A stretch of 64,000 nucleotides of DNA from Chloroflexota bacterium (GTDB taxonomy: Bacteria; Chloroflexota; UBA11872), in assembly GCA_022821905.1 (NCBI GenBank), contig JAJECS010000025.1:41468-105467 (forward strand). The letters are read 5' to 3'. Within the stretch, counting starts at the first letter, position 1. Each line of letters opens with the position of its first letter. The position numbers were made by a program, and so were the translations under genes. The notes under the pieces are model-generated. The model was not told the DNA's origin. It ran no database searches and was given only the letters and a program-made list of their open reading frames with translations. Below, piece after piece: positions 17,312 through 26,241 of this stretch.

Positions 17312-17824
17312 CTAGAGCCTCGCCTCCTTCATCACCTCGATCATTCGGCCCCGCAGAGGCCTCGGCGCCTGCAGCAGGTTGTAGAGCCGCTCCGCCACGC
17401 CAGCCTTGTCGGGCACCTTCCAGTCGGGATATCCCGCGATCCTTCTCTCGACGTATCGCCGCAACTCACCGGGCCCGCTGAACATCTCTTTCGCGGCCAA
17501 CAGCTCGGCCAGGTACGCGCGGTGATGGGCATAGCCGTGGGACCGCCCCGCCAGCTTGTGGGCAATCTCTACGTGTTCGTGCACCACCACCAGGTAGGCA
17601 AAGTCCGGGTCGGCATTCGCGAAGCTCTCCGGGAGGTAGATGTTGCCGTCCTCGTCGTACATCGCAAGGTCCGCGCCATCGGGCCACGGATCACAGATGA
17701 AATAGCGGACCTCGGTCCCATCCACCTCGCACGTACCCACGCGGGTCACGTTGGACTTGAGCTCTGCAATCAAGTCTGTGAGCTCCGGATGCGGCAGCTT
17801 CAGGCGCTTGGTTGGCTTGGCCAC
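17312..17824 (-). CDS. Hypothetical 170-aa protein
   Basis: GTG start preceded by GAAGGAGAAGCGAGGA. No family recognised. Flanked by 41-bp direct repeats. Confidence 0.6.
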   Translation of the reverse strand: MAKPTKRLKLPHPELTDLIAELKSNVTRVGTCEVDGTEVRYFICDPWPDGADLAMYDEDGNIYLPESFANADPDFAYLVVVHEHVEIAHKLAGRSHGYAHHRAYLAELLAAKEMFSGPGELRRYVERRIAGYPDWKVPDKAGVAERLYNLLQAPRPLRGRMIEVMKEARL

Positions 17825-17954
17825 TCCTCGCTTCTCCTTCGTTTGCTCCAGCGCGCCGGCGGCTTTACCCCCATGTAGAACGTGGCGCAGCGCCCGTGCG
17901 CCACGCGGTCACCATCAGCGCGTCGCGGTCGACCACAGCCATTGCGTTCCGCCA

Positions 17955-17995
17955 GCCCGTTCGTGGTGAGCCCGTCGAACCACAGCGGGTGGGCG
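17955..17995. repeat. Second copy of the 41-bp unit (37/41 identical to 17232..17272, same orientation)
   Basis: gcccgttcgtggtgagcccgtcgaaccacagcgggtgggcg, read directly. Confidence 0.8.
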
Positions 17996-18109
17996 TCGCT
18001 TCCCGCTCGCTGGCCGCTGCGCTTGCACCCTAAGCACTGGCAGCAAATCAGATCGAGCGGTCCCGACACTAATCCTGACGCGCCGGTGTATGTAAGGCAC
18101 GATGCCCCC

Positions 18110-20668
18110 ATGGCGAGCGGCGATCCGACCCTCAACCCCGCCTGGCCCGTGCTGCGGAGCTATCGCGGCGAGCACTTGCGGCGCGTGGCCATGCCCATCG
18201 GCGGCATCGGCACCGGCACCGTCTCGGTGGGCGGACGCGGCAATCTCCGCGATTGGGAGATCGTCAATCGCCCGGCCAAGGGCTTCGTCCCCAACGTGCC
18301 GATCACGCGCAACATGACCGAGCCCCGCGCCTTCTTCGCTGCCCGTGTGCAGGCCCAGGGCCGGCCCCCCGTCACGCGGCTGCTGGAAGGCGAGCTCGAC
18401 GCGTTGGACTACGAGGGCACGCTCGGCTCGCCCGCGCCGCATCACGGTCTGCCACGTTTCGCTGACGCCTCGTTCCACGCTGCCTATCCGCTGGCGCAGG
18501 TGTTCTTGCGCGATCCCGTCGTGCCGGTCGACATTCGGCTCGAAGCCTTCAATCCGCTCATCCCCGGCCGAGCGGACGACAGCGGACTTCCCGTGGCCGT
18601 GCTGCGCTGGGTGGCCGCCAATCCGTGCGACGTTCCGGTGCGCGTTTCCGTTTGCGGCGCCCTCGCCAACTTCATCGGCGCCGATGGGAAGCGCGGCCAG
18701 CCGAAGGGCAACGTCAACCGCTGGTGCGTGGGGAACGGTCTCCGAGGCCTGGACATGCGCACCGACGGCGTGCCCGACGACGCCGAGCAGTGGGGCACCC
18801 TGGCTCTCACGGTCCTCGACGCCCCCGAGCAATCCGTCACCGCGCGCACGGCCTGGTACGACGTTCCCTGGGGCGACGCCCTGCTCGACTTCTGGGACGA
18901 CTTCAGCGCCGACGGCGCGCTCGACGACCGCCCGCCCGGCGACGCCGACTCGCCCACGGCCTCGCTGGCCGCCACCGTGAAGCTGGAGCCGGGCGAGGAG
19001 CGCGTCGTCACATTTCTGCTCGCCTGGCACTTTCCCAATCGCCTCACCTGGGACGTCATGCGCACCGGCGACGCCCGCGCCGACTGGGTCGGCAATCACT
19101 ACGCCACCCGCGTGCCCGACGCGTGGGCCGCCGCCGAGGACGCGGCTACGCGCCTGCCCGACCTCGAGCGCGACACGGTCCGGTTCGTGCGCGCGTTCTG
19201 CGATGCCGACATCCCCGACGCCATCAAGGAAGCCGCGCTCTTCAACCTCAGCACGCTGCGGTCCCAAACCGCCTTTCGTAGCGCCGAGGGAGGCTTCTAC
19301 GGCTTCGAGGGCTGCTTCGACGACGCCGGCGCGGGATTCGGCACCTGCACCCACGTCTGGAACTACGAGCACGCCACCGGCTTTCTCTTTGGCGACCTGG
19401 CACGGGGCATGCGCGAGGTCGAGTTCAACGAGTCGACCGGCGCCGACGGCCACATGGAGTTCCGCGCGGAGCTCCCCCGTGGCCGCGTCTCCGATTGGGG
19501 CCTGGCCGCCGCCGACGGGCAGCTCGGGTGCCTGGTCAAGCTCTACCGCGACTGGCAGCTCAGCGGCGACGACGCCTTCCTGCGGCGCGTCTGGCCGGGC
19601 GCCCGCCGCGCGATCGAGTTCTGCTGGATCGAGGGCGGCTGGGACGCTGACCGCGACGGCGTCATGGAGGGCTGCCAGCACAACACCATGGACGTGGAGT
19701 ACTTCGGCCCCAACCCCGAAATCGGCGGCTGGTACCTGGCCGCCCTGCGCGCGGGCGAGGAGATGGCGCGCCACCTCGGCGAGGAGCAGTTCGCTGCCGA
19801 GTGCCGCCGCCTGTTCGAGCACGGCCGCGCCTGGATCGACGCCAATCTCTTCAACGGCGACTACTACGAGCATCAGATCCGGCCGCAGCCCGACCGCTCA
19901 CGCATCGCCCCGGGGCTGCGGCGACCCGAGAAGTACGCCGCCCAGAACCTGGAAGCCCCAGAGCACCAGGTCGGCAACGGCTGTCTGGTGGGGCAGCTCG
20001 TCGGCCAGGCCGCCGCCCGCCTGAGCGGACTCGGCCCGCTGCTCGATCCCGACCACGTGGCCGCCACGTTGCGGTCGATCATGCGCTACAACTTCCGCCC
20101 CTCCATGCGGGGCCACGTCAACCACTTCCGCAGCTACGCCCTTGCCGATGAGGCAGGCCTTGTCATCGCCGCCTATCCCCGCGGCGACCGCCCCGAGCGT
20201 CCCTTCCCATATGCCTATGAAGTCTGGTCCGGCCTCGAGTACACCGCCTCCGTCGGCATGCTCCAGGAACGCCAGCCGCAGGCCGCGCTGCAAGTGATCG
20301 AGGCCGTGCGCGCCCGCCACGACGGCGCGCGGCGCAATCCCTTCGATGAGCCCGAATACGGCCATCACTACGCCCGCGCCATGGCCGCCTGGGGCGCCGT
20401 GGTCACCGTCGCCGGATTCAGCTACTCCGCAGTCCGCGGCGAGATGCGCTTCGCCGCCGCCCCCGGCACGGTCTTCTGGTCCAACGGCTCCGCCTGGGGC
20501 ACCTGCACCCGCACCCCGAGCGACTCCGGCTGGCACGTGCGCCTCGACGTCCTTGGCGGCGAAATCCGTCTGCGCACCTTCGAGCTCACCGACATCGGCC
20601 GCGAGGAAATCGCTCCTCCGCGGTCAGTCAGCGCGGGCGATCACCTGGCGCTGCATGTCGTGGCCTAG
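18110..20668 (+). CDS. Glycoside hydrolase family 116 (GBA2-type beta-glucosidase/glucosylceramidase-like)
   Basis: N-terminal RRVAMPIGGIGTGTVSVGGRGNLRDWEIVNRP is the GH116 N-domain signature. About 850 aa. ATG at 18110 lies inside track ORF 17882..20668, whose first 76 codons cross the REP copy. Confidence 0.85.
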   Translation: MASGDPTLNPAWPVLRSYRGEHLRRVAMPIGGIGTGTVSVGGRGNLRDWEIVNRPAKGFVPNVPITRNMTEPRAFFAARVQAQGRPPVTRLLEGELDALDYEGTLGSPAPHHGLPRFADASFHAAYPLAQVFLRDPVVPVDIRLEAFNPLIPGRADDSGLPVAVLRWVAANPCDVPVRVSVCGALANFIGADGKRGQPKGNVNRWCVGNGLRGLDMRTDGVPDDAEQWGTLALTVLDAPEQSVTARTAWYDVPWGDALLDFWDDFSADGALDDRPPGDADSPTASLAATVKLEPGEERVVTFLLAWHFPNRLTWDVMRTGDARADWVGNHYATRVPDAWAAAEDAATRLPDLERDTVRFVRAFCDADIPDAIKEAALFNLSTLRSQTAFRSAEGGFYGFEGCFDDAGAGFGTCTHVWNYEHATGFLFGDLARGMREVEFNESTGADGHMEFRAELPRGRVSDWGLAAADGQLGCLVKLYRDWQLSGDDAFLRRVWPGARRAIEFCWIEGGWDADRDGVMEGCQHNTMDVEYFGPNPEIGGWYLAALRAGEEMARHLGEEQFAAECRRLFEHGRAWIDANLFNGDYYEHQIRPQPDRSRIAPGLRRPEKYAAQNLEAPEHQVGNGCLVGQLVGQAAARLSGLGPLLDPDHVAATLRSIMRYNFRPSMRGHVNHFRSYALADEAGLVIAAYPRGDRPERPFPYAYEVWSGLEYTASVGMLQERQPQAALQVIEAVRARHDGARRNPFDEPEYGHHYARAMAAWGAVVTVAGFSYSAVRGEMRFAAAPGTVFWSNGSAWGTCTRTPSDSGWHVRLDVLGGEIRLRTFELTDIGREEIAPPRSVSAGDHLALHVVA

Positions 20669-20699
20669 CGTCGAAGGGAAGATTGGTTGCTGGTAGCCA

Positions 20700-20939
20700 T
20701 TGCTGATCGCACCTATAGGTGCGATAATTCACTGGGCCAACCGTGATTTCGTCAGGCGGGCACGGAGGTATGCCCGCGCCTCGGGTCAGGAATCCCATTT
20801 CGATCCCGCTCACGGCAAGGGCAGCCACGGCCGTCTCTACATCGGTAACCGCTTCACCACGGTCAAGCAAGGGGAGCTGTCGAAGGGCCTGGTGGCCGCG
20901 ATGCTCCGGCAATTGAATATCGACCGAGAGGACTTCTGA
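20700..20939 (+). CDS. hicA: HicA-family toxin (mRNA interferase)
   Basis: ...HGKGSHGRLYIGNRFTTVKQGELSKGLVAAMLRQLNI, followed 3 nt later by hicB. The TTG start is uncertain. Confidence 0.7.
   Translation: MLIAPIGAIIHWANRDFVRRARRYARASGQESHFDPAHGKGSHGRLYIGNRFTTVKQGELSKGLVAAMLRQLNIDREDF
20706..20725. promoter_or_regulatory. 20-bp perfect palindrome atcgcacctataggtgcgat at the 5' end of hicA
   Basis: Read directly. Followed by GATAAT (20723..20728). Candidate HicB operator. Confidence 0.35.
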
Positions 20940-20942
20940 ACC

Positions 20943-21371
20943 ATGCTCTACGCCTATCCCTGTGACCTAGTGCCCGCTGAAGATGGCGGCCTCGTTGTCA
21001 CCTTTCCCGACGTCCCCGAAGCCATCTCGGGCGGTGCGGACCATTCCGAAGCGTTGGTGATGGCCGAAGACGCTCTGGCCATAGCCCTGGCGGGCTATGT
21101 CCACGAGAAACGGGACATCCCTGCTCCCAGTGACGCGGCAGCCGGTCAGGAGTTGATCCCAGTCTCACCGGTTGTCGCCGCCAAGCTCGCGCTGTATTCG
21201 GCGATGCGAACTCAGCGCATCACCAAGGTCGAACTCGCCCGCAGACTCGGCATCAGCGAGTCGGCGGCGCGCAAGCTCACCAATCCGGACCACCGCTCCC
21301 ACGTCAGCCAGGTTCACAAGGCTCTCCGGGCCGTGGGACGCAGCCTACGGGTTGAGGTCACCGCGGCCTGA
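20943..21371 (+). CDS. hicB: HicB-family antitoxin with C-terminal HTH
   Basis: MLYAYPCDLVPAEDGGLVVTFPDVPEAISGGADHSEALVMAEDALAIALAG... plus TKVELARRLGISESAARKLTNPD. Confidence 0.85.
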   Translation: MLYAYPCDLVPAEDGGLVVTFPDVPEAISGGADHSEALVMAEDALAIALAGYVHEKRDIPAPSDAAAGQELIPVSPVVAAKLALYSAMRTQRITKVELARRLGISESAARKLTNPDHRSHVSQVHKALRAVGRSLRVEVTAA

Positions 21372-21384
21372 ATCCCGTCGAGAC

Positions 21385-22116
21385 ATGGCGTCGATAAGTA
21401 TCGCGGAGAGCAGATTCCCCGCCACCTGTAGCGGCCCGGACGTCACGGGCATCTTGGTGGCGCCGGACGACGCTTTTGCGTTGATGGCCCTTGGCCACGG
21501 CGCGGCAACTCCGATCCGCGAGCCGCTCATGGTGGAGATGTGCGCAGCGCTTGCCGACCGCGGTGTCGCAACCTTTCGCTTCAACTATCCCTACAGCGAG
21601 CGGTCTGAGTCCGAGTACTCAGAGGACCTGATCGATCCGCTCGATGTCCTGCTTGCCACGGCAAGCTCCGCCAAGCGTGCGGCGCAGGCGCTTTCGCTCG
21701 AACTTCCGTTGTTTCTCGGAGGGCGCTCGATGAGCAGCCAGATCATGTCGCTGGCCCTCTCACGTGAGCATTGGCCCGACGTCGGCGGACTGGTGCTCTA
21801 CGTCTTCCCCATGCGCTGGCGCACCGTTCTGAAGGACACCGTCGCCCACCTGCGGCACGTACCGGCGCCGATGCTATTCGTCCAGGGCGGCCATGATGAG
21901 GAGTTCGCCGATCTTGGGGAGCTTCAACCGGTGCTTGATCAACTCGGAACCCGCGCAACCCTCCACGTCATTCAAGGCGCCGACCATTCCTTCAATCTGC
22001 CGGCCGAATCCGGCCGGACAAGGGACGATGCGATTGCGGAGGCCGCCGCGGCGACGACCGACTGGATGCGCAAGCGGCTGTCGCAATACAAGAATACCGA
22101 TCCGCCGCCCCCATAA
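21385..22116 (+). CDS. Alpha/beta hydrolase (KANL3/Tex30-like / dienelactone-hydrolase-like)
   Basis: LMALGHGAATP...FRFNYPY...LFLGGRSMSSQ...LFVQGGHDEF...GADHSF pattern. ATG at 21385 lies inside track ORF 21172..22116. Confidence 0.7.
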   Translation: MASISIAESRFPATCSGPDVTGILVAPDDAFALMALGHGAATPIREPLMVEMCAALADRGVATFRFNYPYSERSESEYSEDLIDPLDVLLATASSAKRAAQALSLELPLFLGGRSMSSQIMSLALSREHWPDVGGLVLYVFPMRWRTVLKDTVAHLRHVPAPMLFVQGGHDEEFADLGELQPVLDQLGTRATLHVIQGADHSFNLPAESGRTRDDAIAEAAAATTDWMRKRLSQYKNTDPPPP

Positions 22117-22117
22117 C

Positions 22118-22249
22118 TCACGCCGGCACCGGCATCTCCGCCAGCATTTCGTCGGTGATGTAGCGCCCCAGCCCGAAGACCTTGCGGTCGGAGTACCAGA
22201 AGATCCGCTCGCCGTTGAACTCCGTCAGGCTGGCGCCCATCGAGAGCCA
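22118..22249 (-). pseudogene. C-terminal 43-codon fragment of a BNR sialidase-like gene (copy of 23578..23709)
   Basis: Translates to WLSMGASLTEFNGERIFWYSDRKVFGLGRYITDEMLAEMPVPA*, preceded directly by TAA. 124/132 nt are identical to the 3' end of gene 23578..24879. Confidence 0.85.
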
Positions 22250-22265
22250 TTAGCCCCAACGCCGT

Positions 22266-23450
22266 CTAGGCCGCCATTGGGTCATGGTCGAATCGTTTCA
22301 ACAGGTCGGGCAGGTCAGCCAACGGCACGACCTCCCCATCGCGGCGGGACTGGCGATCGGCTCCGCCGGTGACGACGGCCTTGACCGAGACGGCCGGCAG
22401 CAGGTCGGCAACGCGGTTGAGCGCATTGAAGGCGTCGGAGGGCACGGTCAATCCGGACTTGATCTCGACTGCCCCAAGACTCTGGCCGGATTCGTACAAG
22501 AGATCGCACTCTAGGCCTCTGGCGTCGCGAAAGAACGACAGATTGGGCTGGCGGCCTCGATTGAGCCGGTGCTTGAGCGCCTCCGCTATGACCAGGTTCT
22601 CGAAGAGCGCGCCGCGCAGCGGGTGCGTGACGAGCTGCTTCGGTTCTTCGACCCCCATGAGATAGCTGGCCAGCCCAACATCGCAGAAATAGAGCTTGGG
22701 CGACTTGATCAGGCGCTTGCGGATGTTGGCGTGAAACGGCGGCAGTTGAAAGATGATGTAGCTCGCCTCAAGCACTGTCAGCCAGTGCCGCGCCGTGGTG
22801 TGGGACACGCCGGCATCCGAACCCAGTGAGCTCAGATTCACCAACTGGCCGACGCGGCCCGCGCACAGTCGGACGAAGCGTCGGAAGCTCGATAGATTGC
22901 GGACCTCCCCCATCCGGCGCACATCACGCTCCACGTAGGTTTCGAAGTAGTCGCCCAGCGCCTGCCGGGGCTCCAACCGTTGGTCGTGAATCCGGGGATA
23001 GAACCCTGAATACATCAGGTCGTCAATCGCCGCATTCGCGCCCGTGCGCATCTGTTCCGTCAGAGAAAACGGCAGCAGGCGCAGCAGCGCAGTCCGCCCG
23101 GCCAGCGACTGACCGATGCTCGAGGAAAGCCTGAATTGCTCGCTGCCCGTAAGCACGAACAGGCTGTTGCGGCCAATGTCGTCGGCCAGCACCTGCAGGT
23201 AAGACAGCAGCTCCGGCACGTGCTGGATTTCATCAATAATTGCGCCCTCGCCGAGCTGCGCCAGGAATCCGCGGGGATCGATTTCTGCAAACTCCCGCTG
23301 GTCGGGCGCTTCCAGGTTGGCGTAGGCCAGGTCGGGAAAGGTCGCCCGACATAGCGTGGTCTTGCCTGACTGCCGCGGCCCCGTCACCGTTACAAATGGG
23401 TACTGCGCAAATAGCCGTGTGAGATGGCCGGCAATCTCGCGTTCGATCAT
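22266..23450 (-). CDS. AAA+ ATPase with DUF4143 domain (COG1373-type)
   Basis: MIEREIAGHLTRLFAQYPFVTVTGPRQSGKTTLCR (Walker A). Architecture and length are typical of this family. ATG at 23450 lies inside track ORF ending at 23486. Confidence 0.85.
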   Translation of the reverse strand: MIEREIAGHLTRLFAQYPFVTVTGPRQSGKTTLCRATFPDLAYANLEAPDQREFAEIDPRGFLAQLGEGAIIDEIQHVPELLSYLQVLADDIGRNSLFVLTGSEQFRLSSSIGQSLAGRTALLRLLPFSLTEQMRTGANAAIDDLMYSGFYPRIHDQRLEPRQALGDYFETYVERDVRRMGEVRNLSSFRRFVRLCAGRVGQLVNLSSLGSDAGVSHTTARHWLTVLEASYIIFQLPPFHANIRKRLIKSPKLYFCDVGLASYLMGVEEPKQLVTHPLRGALFENLVIAEALKHRLNRGRQPNLSFFRDARGLECDLLYESGQSLGAVEIKSGLTVPSDAFNALNRVADLLPAVSVKAVVTGGADRQSRRDGEVVPLADLPDLLKRFDHDPMAA

Positions 23451-23470
23451 GCGCAGCACGCTATCAACGA

Positions 23471-23509
23471 TGCGTACAGATTGCAAGTAGTACTTTCAAT
23501 CTGTACGCA
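23471..23509. repeat. 13-bp perfect inverted repeat tgcgtacagattg / caatctgtacgca with 13-nt spacer
   Basis: Read directly. AT-richer than its surroundings. Sits between the stop of the BNR gene (23578) and the ATPase start (23450). It could be a terminator, an operator or an element end. Confidence 0.6.
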
Positions 23510-23577
23510 AGCCTCGCTGTAGGGTCTATACCCCGACGATTGCTGGCGCTACAGTCCCGGCGTCGCCGACCTCTACC

Positions 23578-24879
23578 TCACTCCGGCACCGGCATCTCCG
23601 CCAGCATCTCGTCGGTGATGTAGCGTCCCAGCCCGAACAACTTGCGGTCGGAGTACCAGAAGATCCGCTCGCCGTTCAACTCCGTCAGGCTGGCGTACAT
23701 CGAGAGCCACCATTTGTAGAACGGCGGCACGCCGACGCAGTTGGTGTCGAAGAGCAGCACCGGGTCGCTGAACCAGATCGGCTGGTGCGCGCCGGGGCGG
23801 TACTCGCCCAGCGAGATGAACTGCGGCCGGCGGCTGCTGTTCGAGTCGCCGATGCCCACCGCGCCGTAGCCCCACCCGTCGTGGTTCTGGAGCAGTTGGA
23901 GGTACCGGCCGTCGTTGAGGCGGTAGAGCGGCGTCGGCGACACCGGGTTCTCCATCGGCTCGCCGCCGTCCTTGTAGCGCAGCATCTCCGTGGGCCGCCA
24001 CGAGTGGCCGTGGTCGTCCGAAACCGTGTACCAGATCTGCCCGTTGCGCGTGCGCATCACCGTGAACAGCCGGTCGTCGGGCAGCAGCACCGGCGCCGGC
24101 TCCTGGCAGAACGACGAGCCTTCCGGGGCGTCCGGGTCGTTGGCGAGCGGCACGGTGATCAACTCTTCATCGTCCGGCAGCCAGGTGATCTGCACGTCCT
24201 TGGGATCGGGTCCCTCGTCGATGTTGTCGAAGCGCATGAACTGGCAGCGGCAGTCGCTGCGGTAGTACTGCACCTTGCCGTCGGGCCGGCGCACCCCGGT
24301 TACCTGCCGCGCAGCCGGTGAGGCCCACTCGGTGTAGCCCACCAGCACGCGATCCAGCGCGTCCCGGATCGGCTTCTGCCACGGGATGCTGTTCGTGCCG
24401 ATGCTCGGGTCAGGGTGGCTCAGGATCGTGCGCCGGTAGGAAATGTCCACGCCGCCCGGCGTCCAGGTTCGGCCGTCGTCGTCGGAGTAACTGCAGCGCA
24501 GAAAGCTCGTCTGATAGCTCAGTCCGACGCCCGTCCCCTTGTTGTAGAACGCATAGATGCGGCCCGTGCGGCTGATCACCGGAAACCCGAAGCAGCTCGC
24601 CTGACCGCTCTTGGGACCCGGCGGGTCGAACTCGCCCGGCTCGGACCAGCTGCGACCGCCGTCCTCGCTGCGCGCGTAGAGCACCGTGTGGTCAGAGGCG
24701 TCCGCCTTGGTGCCATAGGTCCAGATGGCCAGCAGATCGCCGCCCGGCGTCTCGGACACCAGCACGTGGTCCACCGCCTCCACCCACTCCGGCGGCTGCT
24801 TAGGCAGGAAGAAGACCAGGTCAGGATTCGTGCGGCGCCAATCGTCGCTGAAGCACTCGTAGTCGCCCTCGACCGGCAT
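23578..24879 (-). CDS. BNR-repeat sialidase-like beta-propeller glycosidase, paralog A
   Basis: BNR motifs SEDGGRSW, SDDDGRTW and SDDHGHSW. About 60% identical by eye to 28663..29961. Confidence 0.8.
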   Translation of the reverse strand: MPVEGDYECFSDDWRRTNPDLVFFLPKQPPEWVEAVDHVLVSETPGGDLLAIWTYGTKADASDHTVLYARSEDGGRSWSEPGEFDPPGPKSGQASCFGFPVISRTGRIYAFYNKGTGVGLSYQTSFLRCSYSDDDGRTWTPGGVDISYRRTILSHPDPSIGTNSIPWQKPIRDALDRVLVGYTEWASPAARQVTGVRRPDGKVQYYRSDCRCQFMRFDNIDEGPDPKDVQITWLPDDEELITVPLANDPDAPEGSSFCQEPAPVLLPDDRLFTVMRTRNGQIWYTVSDDHGHSWRPTEMLRYKDGGEPMENPVSPTPLYRLNDGRYLQLLQNHDGWGYGAVGIGDSNSSRRPQFISLGEYRPGAHQPIWFSDPVLLFDTNCVGVPPFYKWWLSMYASLTELNGERIFWYSDRKLFGLGRYITDEMLAEMPVPE

Positions 24880-24982
24880 GAGACACCCCGCTCGCCAAAA
24901 GCCCAGACACGCTCCGCCCAGGCAATCGCAGCCTAGTGTGTGACGCGTCCGTGCGCGAACTGATTGGAGCCGTGCCTTCGCA

Positions 24983-25768
24983 CTAGGACACAGCTACTCG
25001 CTGGGTGACCTTCCGGTTGAAGTCTTCACGCGATTCCAGCGAAGAAATCATGTCGCCGCCTACGTCCGAGAGTCTGGCGAGATCCATCCGCGGAATCTCG
25101 GCCTGATTCTCGAAGACCAGGATTGACTCGAACTGAAGATCGTGCCGATGAAAGTAGGACAGCATGATCGTCGTCAACCGCGCCTTGTCGCGATTGGGTA
25201 CGCCGTACAGGAAGAGCGGGCTGCCGTTCTTGCCCTCGATGCGATAGTCCACCGGATAGGCCTGGGCATTCGGAACCTCCGGCAGGAACTCGCGTTGGAT
25301 CTTCGCCTCATCCACCAGGCTGGTGACTAGGTCGGAAAGGTCGTCGTAGAACGTGGAGCCGACGTTTGAGCGGGACAGCAGAGTGAGGTCATAGACCCGG
25401 GTCAATGCCTGTCCGAAGTTGAACACCGCCTCCGGCAGCCGTGCGGGGCTGGTGTCTATACGGAACGCGCCGCCGTCCCATTCCAGCCCACTCTCGCCCA
25501 TGATGCGTTCAAGGAGCATTCCGCGCGTGCCGTCCAGGAACGCGTCCACATCGTGCTCGTAGCTGATGTGCATGAGAGTGTGACCGTGGTCGGAAAGCCG
25601 TAGCCCGCCGGCCGCTGCCTCGGACAGGTGAATCGGATAACGGTCGCCGTCGGGAAACGCAAAGTGAGTCCGCAGCATCAGCGCGCCGTCCGGGCGTTTC
25701 TCGACTCGCACCTCTTCGCAGAGACGTTCACACAAGAGCGTCTTGAGAGCGCCTATGTCGAGCGTCAT
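24983..25768 (-). CDS. DUF1828/DUF1829-type protein
   Basis: ATG at 25768 overlaps the upstream stop (ATGA). Length and pattern (FAFPDGDRYPIHL...GLRLSDHGHTLMHISYE... C-terminal half) match my recollection of DUF1828+DUF1829 proteins. This needs an HMM check. Confidence 0.6.
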   Translation of the reverse strand: MTLDIGALKTLLCERLCEEVRVEKRPDGALMLRTHFAFPDGDRYPIHLSEAAAGGLRLSDHGHTLMHISYEHDVDAFLDGTRGMLLERIMGESGLEWDGGAFRIDTSPARLPEAVFNFGQALTRVYDLTLLSRSNVGSTFYDDLSDLVTSLVDEAKIQREFLPEVPNAQAYPVDYRIEGKNGSPLFLYGVPNRDKARLTTIMLSYFHRHDLQFESILVFENQAEIPRMDLARLSDVGGDMISSLESREDFNRKVTQRVAVS

Positions 25769-26241
25769 AGCGGCAGCTTTGGCATGTCGGGTTTGGCGTT
25801 GAGTCCACGTAGGTTGAAGTCTTCGATCAAGCACGCCAGAGCGCCTTCGAGAGTCGTGAAGCGGTCAGTCACTTCCGCTTCGGACTCGGGTTTCTTGCCG
25901 GCTGCGATGGCCTGCTCGGTAGCGCGATGAACGTGCGGGAGGTAGGTGATGTTTCCATGCTCGTGGCTCGGTCCGTTGTAACGCGCCAAGGTAAGCAACC
26001 GGCCGCCGCGCGGGAGAAAGGCGATGCCGCAGGAGAAACTGCTGGCGTCGGCGAGGCTCTGACGCTGATAGATCGAGAAGCGGGGCTCGTCGTTGCCTTC
26101 TCCCACCGCTTGAAAGCTGCGTTGGCGATGTCCGGGGCGCAGCTTGGGCTTGTCGGACCAGCGGGCACCCGGATTTGTTACCCGCTTTGGCAACGACCGG
26201 ATTTCATCAAGCTCTGCGTCCGTGTAGCTCCTGAGGTTCAT
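25765..26241 (-). CDS. Hypothetical 158-aa protein, translationally coupled to the DUF1828/1829 gene
   Basis: ORF with lower GC. Contains RYNGPSHEHGNITYLPHVHRATEQ, a His-rich block. No family recognised. Confidence 0.6.
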   Translation of the reverse strand: MNLRSYTDAELDEIRSLPKRVTNPGARWSDKPKLRPGHRQRSFQAVGEGNDEPRFSIYQRQSLADASSFSCGIAFLPRGGRLLTLARYNGPSHEHGNITYLPHVHRATEQAIAAGKKPESEAEVTDRFTTLEGALACLIEDFNLRGLNAKPDMPKLPL

